Assembly: GCA_018830295.1 (NCBI GenBank)
Contig: JAHJSM010000001.1
Span: 193,980-257,979 of the forward strand
DNA length: 64,000 nt
Direction: 5' to 3'
DNA from: Patescibacteria group bacterium
GTDB lineage: Bacteria > Patescibacteriota > Minisyncoccia > Portnoybacterales > UBA2143
Each line of letters begins with the position of its first letter. The first letter of the stretch is position 1. The notes beneath the pieces were generated by a model. It worked only from the letters and a program-made list of their open reading frames with translations, ran no database searches and had not been told where the DNA came from. A program made the translations under genes and the position numbers. Shown in pieces: positions 37,014-45,380 of the stretch.

Positions 37014-38160
37014 TAAAGACAATAGCGGAGGCGGCAGCTAAGATAAATGTCCATTGGATGGCGAGATAAAAAGAAGCGGCGATAATCAGAATAACCATCA
37101 ATGTCCGACCGAAACTAATCGCTATTTCGTGCAAGACCGTGAACTCGTCCACGAAATGCCCTTGGTCAGCCGCGATTTCATAAGTCAGCGCGTCAAAGGG
37201 CGTCCGCAGGAAAATTTTGGCGACGCTATGATAAGCGCCCACCATAAAAATATGGAAAGCGGTGGTGATGAAAATCTTAACAACCCACCCGGCGGAATAA
37301 AAAAAACTCCCCCATTTCAAAGCGCCCTTTTTTGAATCATTCTCGTCCATTCTCTTACCTAAAAGCAATTGCGCTCCGACAGTAATTCCAATAATAAATG
37401 TAGAAATCGCGCCAACTTGAAAATAGTCGCCATTCAAAAGTTGATAAATAAAAATCGGCCAAATAACTATCCCAACGACATTCTCGGCGCCATCCGCCAT
37501 ATACGCCAAAACAATTTTTCTCATCTTGCGCGAAAAAAATTGTTTCCATGTTTCCAAAAACTCCCAACTAAATTTCTCGCGCGTCCGAGGAATGGTCAAA
37601 TATGGAATGCCCGAAACAAGATAAAGAATAATAGCGATTAAAAACAAAACATCAAACCCAAAATGGCTAATGATATAACCCGATATTAGAGGGATAAAAA
37701 CCCCCGCCGCCAAATAACTGGCGTTGAGAACGCTCACTTGCCTTCCGCGGTCTTCTTTATTGGTAAATTTGGCGAAATCAACATGATAAGGCACCCAATA
37801 GAAGAGCCGAAAGAAAACGACCACCAAAACCGACAAAGGAATTAAATACCGCGCGTTTTCCGCGTTGATGAAATAGAAAATAAGATAAAACGCGGCGCCC
37901 AAAAGAATGCTAATTCGCAACGCCCTCCTAAAACCGAAGTCGTTCAGAAATCTCGCCCCAAAAGAAACAGTCAGCCCATACAAAAGATAGCCAACGCCGT
38001 AATAGATAACCGTCATTCTTAAATCCTGCCCAAAAAGGTCATACAAAAAAATAGGCAAAAAAATCCCCGAAAGAGCCGTCGCAATCAAAACAATTGTCTT
38101 GCCCACATACAAAGAAACAAATCCATGCGAAGGCGCCTTATCAAAATATTTTCCAATCAT
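36979..38160 (-). CDS. MFS-type transporter (12-TM membrane protein)
   Basis: 393 aa with about 12 predicted TMs and MFS-like loop motifs. The C-terminal 12 codons lie inside the direct-repeat copy. Confidence 0.6.
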   Translation of the reverse strand: MIGKYFDKAPSHGFVSLYVGKTIVLIATALSGIFLPIFLYDLFGQDLRMTVIYYGVGYLLYGLTVSFGARFLNDFGFRRALRISILLGAAFYLIFYFINAENARYLIPLSVLVVVFFRLFYWVPYHVDFAKFTNKEDRGRQVSVLNASYLAAGVFIPLISGYIISHFGFDVLFLIAIILYLVSGIPYLTIPRTREKFSWEFLETWKQFFSRKMRKIVLAYMADGAENVVGIVIWPIFIYQLLNGDYFQVGAISTFIIGITVGAQLLLGKRMDENDSKKGALKWGSFFYSAGWVVKIFITTAFHIFMVGAYHSVAKIFLRTPFDALTYEIAADQGHFVDEFTVLHEIAISFGRTLMVILIIAASFYLAIQWTFILAAASAIVFNLLSERQERFV

Positions 38161-38221
38161 AAAAATATTTTACCATAAAAACTGGAAATCCCCCAGTTTC
38201 TCTGATAGAATGGCAATATCG

Positions 38222-38295
38222 CGGGCGGTTAGCTCACCCGGTAGAGCGCTTCGTTTACACCGAAGAGGTAGCAGGTTCGAGTCCTGCACCGCCCA
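38222..38295 (+). tRNA. tRNA-Val (anticodon TAC)
   Basis: Acceptor GGGCGGT/ACCGCCC. Anticodon stem CTTCG/CGAAG with loop TTTACAC. Confidence 0.85.
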
Positions 38296-38297
38296 CA

Positions 38298-38386
38298 CGG
38301 AGAGGTGCCAGAGTGGACGAATGGGACGGTCTCGAAAACCGTTGTGGTAGAAATACCACCGTGGGTTCGAATCCCACCCTCTCCGC
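38298..38386 (+). tRNA. tRNA-Ser (anticodon CGA)
   Basis: Acceptor GGAGAGG/CCTCTCC. Anticodon stem ACGGT/ACCGT with loop CTCGAAA. Long variable arm. Confidence 0.85.
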
Positions 38387-38495
38387 CTTCGCCCGCCAAA
38401 GCGGGCTTCGGTCGCTGACGCGCCATAGCTTTAGCGACGGAGCGCGGACACAGTCCGCCTGAAGATTGCGTAGGCGGGTTTCGCCCGCCAGATCA
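38387..38495 (+). ncRNA. Conserved hairpin-rich spacer downstream of tRNA-Ser (copy 2, with a ~35-nt insertion)
   Basis: TTCGCCCGCCAAAGCGGGCTTCGG...GGACACAGTCCGCCTGAAGATTGCGTAGGCGGG shared with 8426-8504. Confidence 0.4.
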
Positions 38496-38664
38496 AAATC
38501 AACCAAAAATATAAGACCCATAAAATTACATTGCTACTTTGCGTTTTGCGACAAATACACCGCCTTCAATTTTGAAAAATATTTAAAATCCGGTTCCGGC
38601 AGAGCGTTTATAGCCAAACATTTAACTTAATCACAAAGAAAGCGAGGTGAAAATATCAAAGAAT

Positions 38665-38695
38665 GGGGGCTGCCCCCGCAACGGGGGCAGCCCCC
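38665..38695. repeat. GC-rich palindromic repeat, A-type
   Basis: ATGGGGGCTGCCCCCGCAACGGGGGCAGCCCCCAT. Confidence 0.85.
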
Positions 38696-38706
38696 ATTTA
38701 ACACAC

Positions 38707-39348
38707 ATGAAAAAAATAAAACTTTTTTGGTATTTACTAACAATTATTCCTATCGTCTTGTTGATTCTTGGTTATGTTTTTCCCCTTCATTTTTTCTCTA
38801 GCCAAGATTCTATCAGGGAGTTTGTAAATCAATTTGGGATATTTGCTCCAATTATTTTTATACTCATTCAAATTCTCCAAGTTATCATTACACCCTTCAG
38901 CCATTACACAGTTTCTATTGCTGGTGGTTTTATTTTTGGAACTTGGTTAGGATTTCTTTACAATTTAATCGGCAGGGTAATTGGAACTGCAATCGCGTTT
39001 TATTTAGGAAGAATCTTCGGAAGAAAAATTATTAAGTATATGGTAAAGCCAGAGACAATCGAAAAGTATGATTATTATTTTGATAAAGGAAAACTGTTGT
39101 TGTTTTTGGCTTATTTTCTCCCCCTATTCCCCGATGATGAAATTTCATATTTAGCCGGATTTTCAGCAATTAGTCCTAAAATCTTTTTGCCGTTAATGGC
39201 CGTTGGACATATCGGCGGAAGTTTAAGTTTGTCTTATCTCGGGAACGGCGTGCAATCTATCAAGGAACCAATGTTTATATTTCTTTCGTTAATTACTCTA
39301 ATTGGCGGAATTTGGTTTGCTTGGCATTATAGAGAAATAAAAAAATAA
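38707..39348 (+). CDS. DedA/TVP38-family membrane protein
   Basis: Start at ATG 38707 (MKKIKLFWYLL...). Motifs G.ITPFSHYTVSIAGGFIFG and LPLFPDDEISYLAGFS. Confidence 0.65.
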   Translation: MKKIKLFWYLLTIIPIVLLILGYVFPLHFFSSQDSIREFVNQFGIFAPIIFILIQILQVIITPFSHYTVSIAGGFIFGTWLGFLYNLIGRVIGTAIAFYLGRIFGRKIIKYMVKPETIEKYDYYFDKGKLLLFLAYFLPLFPDDEISYLAGFSAISPKIFLPLMAVGHIGGSLSLSYLGNGVQSIKEPMFIFLSLITLIGGIWFAWHYREIKK

Positions 39349-39462
39349 ACAACACGCCCGATAGAGAGCACTTTTTGTCCCCTGTGGACAACTGGTCTGA
39401 AATAAACTATACTGGGACAAGACCTTCCGCGGAATAATTTTTCCGATGGAGGTCTATGGTTT

Positions 39463-39948
39463 ATGCTTAATATCTTAATCGAAAACCCATTCTTTTTTGT
39501 TTTTTTGGGCGGAATTATTTTTCTCGCTCTTTGGAATGTTTTGCTTCAAATCCAGCATTGGCTGATAAGAAAAAAACTCAAAACATTTTTTAATGGCAAA
39601 AAAGCGTCTGATTTGGAGGGCGTTCTTTTCGAAGAAATCAAACGGTTGAAAAAAGCGGAAGAAGGCATTAAGGGGTTGTCTAAAAATCTAAAATCAGTTG
39701 AAAAAATGGCTGAACGAAGCATTCAAAAAGCGAGTGTTGTCCGTTTTAATCCGTTCAAAGAAACGGGCGGAGACCAAAGTTTTGTCATCGCCTTGCTTGA
39801 TTCGCGCGATAATGGCTTGGTCATCACGAGTTTATTCACCCGCCAAGGAAACAGGGTCTACAGCAAGCCAATTAAAGAAGGAAAATCAACATATCCCCTT
39901 TCCAAAGAAGAAACGGAAGCGTTGAAGAAAGCAGGAATGGAGAAATAA
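39463..39948 (+). CDS. Hypothetical protein (N-terminal TM; DUF4446-like)
   Basis: 161 aa. SD GGAGG. ...SVVRFNPFKETGGDQSFVIALLDSRDNGLVITSLFTRQG. Confidence 0.45.
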   Translation: MLNILIENPFFFVFLGGIIFLALWNVLLQIQHWLIRKKLKTFFNGKKASDLEGVLFEEIKRLKKAEEGIKGLSKNLKSVEKMAERSIQKASVVRFNPFKETGGDQSFVIALLDSRDNGLVITSLFTRQGNRVYSKPIKEGKSTYPLSKEETEALKKAGMEK

Positions 39949-39960
39949 GTTTTTATAAAA

Positions 39961-41472
39961 ATGAAAAAAAAGATTGTTAAGAAAAAAAAGAATAGTTTGC
40001 CAATCCGTCCACCGGTGGTGGTTATTTTAGGGCATGTTGACCATGGAAAAACCTCCATTCTTGACTATATCCGCAAAACGCAAGTGACGGCGAAAGAATC
40101 GGGCGGCATTACCCAACATATCGGCGCCTATCAAGCGAAGCATCAAGATAAAACTATTACATTTGTTGACACCCCTGGCCACGAAGCGTTTTCGGCGATG
40201 CGTTCGCGCGGAGCTAAGGTCGCCGACATCGCCATTTTAGTCGTCGCCGCCGAAGAAGGCCTAAAGCCGCAGACAAAAGAAGCGATTACTCATATTAAAA
40301 AATGTGGCATTCCAATGATTGTCGCGTTGAATAAAATTGATAAAAAAGAAGCCCAGCCGGATAAAGTTAAAGGAGAATTATCAAAATATGAGGTTGTCGT
40401 TGAATCATTGGGTGGCGAAGTTCCTTCAATCAATGTCTCGGCAAAAACAGGGCAAGGGATAGAAGAACTTTTGGAAATGATAAACTTGGTGGCGGAAATG
40501 GAAGAATTCACGGACGACCCAAACCAGACAGCCGCGGGAGTAATTATTGAATCGCGGCATGATACGCGAAGGGGCGCCACCGCTACCTTGTTAGTCAAAA
40601 GCGGAACGCTCAAAAGCAGAGATATTGTCGGAACTGGTTCGGCTTTCGGACGGATTAAAACAATGGAGGATTTTCAGCTTAATCCCATTAAAGAAGCGTC
40701 CGCGTCAACGCCCGCCGTCATTACTGGATTTAATCAGGCCCCGCAGGTTGGAGAAAAATTCGCTGTTTTTAATAGTTTAGACGAAGCGCAAACAGAAACC
40801 GCGAGAAAGACGGCGAAAAGAGATGCTGACGGAACAAAAGAAGTTTTTGATTTTGATTCGGACAAAAAAACGCTTAATATTATTCTCAAAGCCGATGTGA
40901 GAGGGTCTTTGGAAGCAATCCGAGAATCGCTCAAAAGCATCCCCGACGATGAGGTTATTTTAAGAATTCTCAAAGCGGAGGTTGGGGAAATAACAGAATC
41001 GGATATTAAAATGGCTGAATCAGCGAAGGCGAAAATATTCGGCTTTAGAATTAAAACAAGCGGACCGAGCAAACAATTAGCCCAGCATAAGAAAATTAGA
41101 ATCGCCTCTTTTGATATTATTTATGAATTAATCCAAAGCGTCCGAGAGTCGCTTTCTAAACTTTTAGAACCAGAGATAATCAAACACAGCGTCGGGCAAC
41201 TAAAAGTCCTCGCTTTGTTCAAGACAGAAAGAGATAAGCAAATTATCGGCGGGAAAGTTATTAAAGGAGATATTAAAAAAGGCGCGTTGGTTAATATTAT
41301 CGGCAAAGAAAAAACGCCTGGGAAAATTGTCCAACTCCAACGAGACAAAAAAGAAACTGACGAGGTCGGCAAAGGTCACGAATGCGGTCTTGCTGTTAGG
41401 GGCTTAACGAGCATTGAGAAAGGAGACACTTTGGAAATCTACATAGAAGAAAGAAAAAAGAGGGAAATTTAA
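39961..41472 (+). CDS. infB: Translation initiation factor IF-2 (short form lacking the N-terminal extension)
   Basis: G domain [24 protein letters not shown]. Followed by beta-barrel domains. 503 aa. Confidence 0.85.
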   Translation: MKKKIVKKKKNSLPIRPPVVVILGHVDHGKTSILDYIRKTQVTAKESGGITQHIGAYQAKHQDKTITFVDTPGHEAFSAMRSRGAKVADIAILVVAAEEGLKPQTKEAITHIKKCGIPMIVALNKIDKKEAQPDKVKGELSKYEVVVESLGGEVPSINVSAKTGQGIEELLEMINLVAEMEEFTDDPNQTAAGVIIESRHDTRRGATATLLVKSGTLKSRDIVGTGSAFGRIKTMEDFQLNPIKEASASTPAVITGFNQAPQVGEKFAVFNSLDEAQTETARKTAKRDADGTKEVFDFDSDKKTLNIILKADVRGSLEAIRESLKSIPDDEVILRILKAEVGEITESDIKMAESAKAKIFGFRIKTSGPSKQLAQHKKIRIASFDIIYELIQSVRESLSKLLEPEIIKHSVGQLKVLALFKTERDKQIIGGKVIKGDIKKGALVNIIGKEKTPGKIVQLQRDKKETDEVGKGHECGLAVRGLTSIEKGDTLEIYIEERKKREI

Positions 41473-41487
41473 TTATTCGCCAACCCT

Positions 41488-41823
41488 ATGTCTGCCCTGC
41501 GAATTGAAAAAGTCAACGAACTTCTCCGACAAGAAGTTAGCAAACTACTCCTGAAAGAGGTTGATTTTGAAGGCGCCTTCGTAACAATCACAAATGTTGA
41601 CACAGCGCCTAATTTACAGCAAAGTAAGATAAGGATTAGCGTTCTTCCAAACGAGAAAATCGAAAAGGTTTTGGATATCATTAGCAGAAATATCTTTCAT
41701 CTCCAAAAATCGCTTAATAAGAAACTATATATGAGACCCGTTCCTAAAATGATTTTTGAAATTGACAAAGTGGAAGAGCACGCCCAACGGATTGAGGAAA
41801 TTTTAGGAAAGATTAAAAGGTAA
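41488..41823 (+). CDS. rbfA: Ribosome-binding factor A
   Basis: RIEKVNELLRQEVSKLL...VTITNVDTAPNLQQSKIRISV is the RbfA KH fold. Confidence 0.8.
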   Translation: MSALRIEKVNELLRQEVSKLLLKEVDFEGAFVTITNVDTAPNLQQSKIRISVLPNEKIEKVLDIISRNIFHLQKSLNKKLYMRPVPKMIFEIDKVEEHAQRIEEILGKIKR

Positions 41824-41896
41824 GGCCGTGTGGCGGAGTGGTTACGCGATGGTCTGCAAAACCATTTACACCGGTTCAATTCCGGTCGCGGCCTCA
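41824..41896 (+). tRNA. tRNA-Cys (anticodon GCA)
   Basis: Acceptor GGCCGTG/CGCGGCC. Anticodon stem ATGGT/ACCAT with loop CTGCAAA. Discriminator U73. Confidence 0.8.
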
Positions 41897-41911
41897 GGGA
41901 AAATAAAATAC

Positions 41912-41997
41912 GCCGCGGTGGTGAAATGGCAGACACGCAACACTTAAAATGTTGTGGGAGAAATCCCGTGTGGGTTCGACTCCCACCCGCGGCACCA
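41912..41997 (+). tRNA. tRNA-Leu (anticodon TAA)
   Basis: Acceptor GCCGCGG/CCGCGGC. Anticodon stem CAACA/TGTTG with loop CTTAAAA. Long variable arm. CCA encoded. Confidence 0.85.
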
Positions 41998-42001
41998 TAA
42001 T

Positions 42002-42030
42002 AAAAACCCGTTTTTAACGGGTTTTTATTA
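42002..42030. terminator. Bidirectional hairpin terminator
   Basis: AAAAACCCGTT-TTTA-ACGGGTTTTTATT. Confidence 0.6.
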
Positions 42031-42035
42031 TTTAA

Positions 42036-42515
42036 CTATATCTTCAGCACTTCTACTTTGAGTTGTTGAACTCCGAATTGCTTGGCGTCTTCTCTGGTTT
42101 CAAACCAGATGTCTATTTTGTGGTTGTTTTTGAGGGCCATTCTGTCCTCAACCACGAAAACCTTGTCTCCGTAAATGTCCGGAAAACGAACTCTCGTCCC
42201 AAACTTTAAGAAGTTGCAAGCGATAATACCGTCCCGAACGCCTGTCCCGGAAGCGGTAATAAAAGGCGTTGAATCGGTTTGGTCAGGTGTGCTTGAGTAA
42301 GCCGTCACCGTCACCCATTTCTGATTTACCACAATCGGCGTGTCCGGCGTAGATGATTGGACTAATGTTTGCCCTTGAAGGGTTATCAGACCATCAACCG
42401 GAAGAAAACCGATTTCAGTTTGATTGGGACCGATTAAACCAAGCTGGGGAAATAAGAAGTTAGAGACCAGGCCAAGCAAAGATAGAGAGACCGAAATTCT
42501 ATTCTTTGTATACAT
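42036..42515 (-). CDS. 3D-domain protein (MltA/YabE-like lytic transglycosylase-related)
   Basis: Signal peptide then a C-terminal 3D domain: GIIACNFLKFGTRVRFPDIYGDKVFVVEDRMALKNNHKIDIWF. Confidence 0.6.
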   Translation of the reverse strand: MYTKNRISVSLSLLGLVSNFLFPQLGLIGPNQTEIGFLPVDGLITLQGQTLVQSSTPDTPIVVNQKWVTVTAYSSTPDQTDSTPFITASGTGVRDGIIACNFLKFGTRVRFPDIYGDKVFVVEDRMALKNNHKIDIWFETREDAKQFGVQQLKVEVLKI

Positions 42516-42584
42516 AAATTTTTAAGTAATTAAAAAATCCCCTCTTCGGGATTTCTTAGATACTATCACATCTATTTAATTTTG

Positions 42585-43112
42585 TCAAGGGTTTTTGGCG
42601 GTTTTTTGATTTTTCATCTTTTTTAGAGCGATTCGCAACCAAACAGAATATTTGTTCGGGCGTTTGGCGATGTTTTTTTTTAACTCCCCCATAGAAATCC
42701 ACTTATAATCCATAATTTCCTTTGGGTTTGGCTTCGGCTCTCCGTCAAATTTTCCGATAAAAACGCAGTCGTATTCGTTTTCAGTCAGGCCATTATGAAA
42801 ACCCGTGTTGTAAATAAAGCAAAACGCTTTTTTGATTTTACAATCAAAACCCATTTCTTCTCCTAGCCGCCTATGCGCCGCTTGATGATATGTCTCGCGC
42901 GGTCGCGGATGACTGCAAACCGTGTTTGACCACAACCCTTCCGAATGATATTTATCTCGCGCTCTTTGCTGAATAAGTAACTCTCCTTTTGAGTTAAAAA
43001 TGAAAATTGAAAAAGCCCGATGCAGTTTTCCATCCCGATGGGCTTTAATCTTCTCCTCTACGCCGACTTTTTTATTATTTTTATCCACCAAAACAACTTG
43101 TTCTTTCGGCAT
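42585..43112 (-). CDS. idi: Isopentenyl-diphosphate delta-isomerase, type 1 (NUDIX fold)
   Basis: LHRAFSIFIFNSKGELLIQQRA..KYHSEGLWSNTVCSHP...RRLGEEMGF matches the IDI-1 signature. Confidence 0.75.
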   Translation of the reverse strand: MPKEQVVLVDKNNKKVGVEEKIKAHRDGKLHRAFSIFIFNSKGELLIQQRARDKYHSEGLWSNTVCSHPRPRETYHQAAHRRLGEEMGFDCKIKKAFCFIYNTGFHNGLTENEYDCVFIGKFDGEPKPNPKEIMDYKWISMGELKKNIAKRPNKYSVWLRIALKKMKNQKTAKNP

Positions 43113-43128
43113 CTTGTTTTCTTATTCG

Positions 43129-43202
43129 TGAGCGGGTAGGGGGAATCGAACCCCCGTCATCTGATTGGCAACCAGATGTAATAGCCACTATACGATACCC
43201 GC
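43129..43202 (-). tRNA. tRNA-Gly (anticodon GCC)
   Basis: Reverse complement GCGGGTA...TCTGG-TTGCCAA-TCAGA...GGGGGTTCGATTCCCCC-TACCCGC-T. Discriminator U. Confidence 0.8.
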
Positions 43203-43263
43203 CTTCGTCCGCCATAGCGGACTTCGGCGGGCAATGCCCGCTTAAGTTCGCGACGGCTGGATT

Positions 43264-43337
43264 GGTGCCGGGGGTGGGAGTCGAACCCACTACTTTCTCT
43301 TTTTCAGAGAGACACTCTACCGATGAGTTACCCCGGC
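43264..43337 (-). tRNA. tRNA-Phe (anticodon GAA)
   Basis: Reverse complement GCCGGGGTAACTCATCGGTAGAGTG-TCTCT-CTGAAAA-AGAGA...GTGGGTTCGACTCCCAC-CCCCGGC-ACCA. Confidence 0.85.
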
Positions 43338-43343
43338 ATAAAT

Positions 43344-43757
43344 TTAATGAATTAAAGACAAATCACTATTTAATACAACTGGTCGCATTGCTTCTATTTC
43401 ATCCTTATACATTATTTCGGGAATTGAATTTAACAAAAATACTTTCTTATTCAAAACATGAGCGAAACCCATTTCGAGAAACGCATTGCCACCAATATAA
43501 TTCTTAATTCCATTTTTGTCTATATTGATAATCAAAACAGCATCCGCATTTTTAATTTCTTCGAAATAATCCCTAATAAGATCATGCTCAATCTTATTTT
43601 TCACTGATTCAGAATGAATCTTATCTAAATTTTCCATCAAAGCATATTGTTCCGTAAATTTTGGTAAAATAACTTTATGATCTAATATCCTAAGTTTTTT
43701 ACCGATATCTACCATTTTTTTCACAGAGCTCATGCTTCCGCAAATTACTATTTTCAT
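43344..43757 (-). CDS. Nucleoside 2-deoxyribosyltransferase-like / Rossmann-like hypothetical protein
   Basis: Trimmed to ATG 43757 (MKIVICGSMSS...). The tracked upstream extension crosses a hairpin and tRNA-Ala. The family assignment is weak. Confidence 0.4.
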   Translation of the reverse strand: MKIVICGSMSSVKKMVDIGKKLRILDHKVILPKFTEQYALMENLDKIHSESVKNKIEHDLIRDYFEEIKNADAVLIINIDKNGIKNYIGGNAFLEMGFAHVLNKKVFLLNSIPEIMYKDEIEAMRPVVLNSDLSLIH

Positions 43758-43768
43758 ATTTTTATATA

Positions 43769-43788
43769 GCCCCGCAATACTGCGGGGC
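43769..43788. repeat. Hairpin repeat family D (GCCCCGCAATACTGCGGGGC) followed by a T-tract
   Basis: Related copies at 43942-43961 (GTCCCGCAGTATTGCGGGAC) and 44005-44027 (GGCCCCGCAATTCTGCGGGGCGC). Confidence 0.6.
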
Positions 43789-43828
43789 ACTATTTTTTGT
43801 TGCCAAATCGGAATTTGGACAAAAAATG

Positions 43829-43900
43829 TGGACCCAGTGGGATTCGAACCCACGACCACCTCGCTGCCAGCGAGGTGCGCTACCGCTGCGCTATGGGCCC
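43829..43900 (-). tRNA. tRNA-Ala (anticodon GGC)
   Basis: Reverse complement GGGCCCA...CCTCG-CTGGCAG-CGAGG...GTGGGTTCGAATCCCAC-TGGGTCC-A. G3:U70 present. Confidence 0.8.
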
Positions 43901-43941
43901 GCGAAATTCTTCCAAATTCTGATTTGGTAAAGAATTTCAGC

Positions 43942-43961
43942 GTCCCGCAGTATTGCGGGAC
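43942..43961. repeat. Hairpin repeat family D copy
   Basis: GTCCCGCAGTATTGCGGGAC, flanked by the CAAAT(C/T)NGAATTTG mini-palindromes at 43912-43928, 43805-43821 and 44041-44057. Confidence 0.55.
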
Positions 43962-44004
43962 AACTTCTCCCAAATTCTTATTTTTGTTACTAAGTTAGAA
44001 TTAA

Positions 44005-44027
44005 GGCCCCGCAATTCTGCGGGGCGC
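44005..44027. repeat. Hairpin repeat family D copy plus T-tract
   Basis: GGCCCCGCAATTCTGCGGGGCGC then TGATTTTTAT. Confidence 0.55.
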
Positions 44028-44067
44028 TGATTTTTATAATCAAATCAGAATTTGAATAAAAATCGCG

Positions 44068-44140
44068 TGTCCTCGGCGCGAGTCGAACGCGCGACCTACG
44101 CGTTAGGAGTGCGTTGCTCTATCCACTGAGCTACGAGGAC
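44068..44140 (-). tRNA. tRNA-Arg (anticodon CCT)
   Basis: Reverse complement GTCCTCGTAGCTCAGTGGATAGAGCA-ACGCA-CTCCTAA-CGCGT-AGGTC-GCGCGTTCGACTCGCGC-CGAGGAC-A. Confidence 0.8.
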
Positions 44141-44223
44141 TTATTCATAACGCCGCAACCCCATCTTATAATATTGACTTACCTTAGTCAATGGATTATA
44201 CTCTAAACTAAGAAACGAGAAAA

Positions 44224-45291
44224 ATGAAAAAATCACCTATCGTTCAAGTTGTTAAAAAAATTAGTCCTGCGGTGGTCAGTATTACGATTACCAAGGAATT
44301 TCCTAAAATAAGGAGATATTTCGTTCAGCCGTTTGACGAACTTTTCGGGTCTTACGGAGCGCCTATTCCTCAATTTCGCCAAGAAGGAAAGCAAAGAGTG
44401 AAAATCGGAGGAGGAAGCGGATTTTTTGTTTCATCGGAAGGCATCATTTTAACCAACCGTCATGTTGTTGCTTCCTCTGAAGTTGATTATACGGTCGTCA
44501 CAAATAACGGCGAAAAATACGAAGCAGAGGTCTTGGCTCGCGACCATGTCAACGATGTCGCCATTATTAAAGTAAAATGCCCCAAGAATAAAAAATTTCC
44601 TATTTTGGAATTGGGCGATTCAGATAAAATAGAATTGGGACAGGACGCGATTGCTATCGGCAACGCTTTGGGAACTTTTCAAAATACCGTTTCAACTGGA
44701 GTTGTTTCTGGATTGAGCCGATTTATTACCGCTCACGACGGAATTTCCGGTCGCGCGGCTGAATTAAGAGGGCTTGTCCAAACAGACGCGGCGATTAATC
44801 CGGGCAATTCGGGCGGACCTTTGGCTGACATTGATGGCAAGGTTGTCGCTATTAATGTGGCAATCGTCCAAGGCGCTCAAAATATTGGTTTCGCTATTCC
44901 AATTAACAACGCCAAAAAAGATTTAGAGGACCTTAAAAAACACGGAAGGATTATTCAGCCATTTATGGGCGTCCGATATATTTTAATCAATAAGGCGCTC
45001 AAAGAAGAAATTTTAGCGCAGTCAGGAATTAGTTTGCCGGTTGACCACGGCGCTTTAGTCGTTCGCGAACCAGGCATCGGCGACCCTGCGATTATTCCTA
45101 ATGGTCCCGCCTTCAAGGCCGGTTTGATGGAGCGCGATATTATTTTAGAATTTAATAAAGAAAAAGTTGACGAAAAGCATCCTTTGCAAGAAATGATTCA
45201 CAAGCGCAAGCCCGGGGATGTGATTGAAATAAAAATTTTAAGAGGAGACAAAATCGGCGTAGTAAATGTAAAACTGGAAGAGAGGAAATAG
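44224..45291 (+). CDS. HtrA/DegP-family trypsin-like serine protease with a C-terminal PDZ domain
   Basis: Catalytic triad context: TNRHVV (His), D..DVAII (Asp), GNSGGPL (Ser). PDZ-like C-terminus. Confidence 0.8.
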   Translation: MKKSPIVQVVKKISPAVVSITITKEFPKIRRYFVQPFDELFGSYGAPIPQFRQEGKQRVKIGGGSGFFVSSEGIILTNRHVVASSEVDYTVVTNNGEKYEAEVLARDHVNDVAIIKVKCPKNKKFPILELGDSDKIELGQDAIAIGNALGTFQNTVSTGVVSGLSRFITAHDGISGRAAELRGLVQTDAAINPGNSGGPLADIDGKVVAINVAIVQGAQNIGFAIPINNAKKDLEDLKKHGRIIQPFMGVRYILINKALKEEILAQSGISLPVDHGALVVREPGIGDPAIIPNGPAFKAGLMERDIILEFNKEKVDEKHPLQEMIHKRKPGDVIEIKILRGDKIGVVNVKLEERK

Positions 45292-45332
45292 AAAATCCCG
45301 CGCGAGCGGAACGAAAGCTCTCTGCCTGAGAA

Positions 45333-45372
45333 CAAAAGTCCTTTCATTGAAAAATGAAGGACTTTTGTTTTG
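45333..45372. terminator. Bidirectional hairpin terminator
   Basis: AAAAGTCCTTTCATTG-AAAA-ATGAAGGACTTTTGTTTT. Confidence 0.6.
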
Positions 45373-45380
45373 CGGAATTT

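Noticed and set aside
38229-38521. Minus-strand ORFs 38229..38426 and 38255..38521, and the 38099..38350 plus-strand ORF
   Set aside because: They overlap tRNA-Val/tRNA-Ser and the conserved spacer, with no coding signal.
7863-38695. Possible CRISPR array built from the GGGGG...CCCCC repeats
   Set aside because: The copies are kilobases apart at irregular spacing. Each is an inverted pair (a hairpin) rather than a direct repeat with unique spacers. Several lie inside genes. No cas genes are present.
43758-43973. N-terminal 72 codons of ORF 43344..43973
   Set aside because: That extension crosses a terminator-like hairpin and tRNA-Ala(GGC). I trimmed the gene to the ATG at 43757 (MKIVICGS...).
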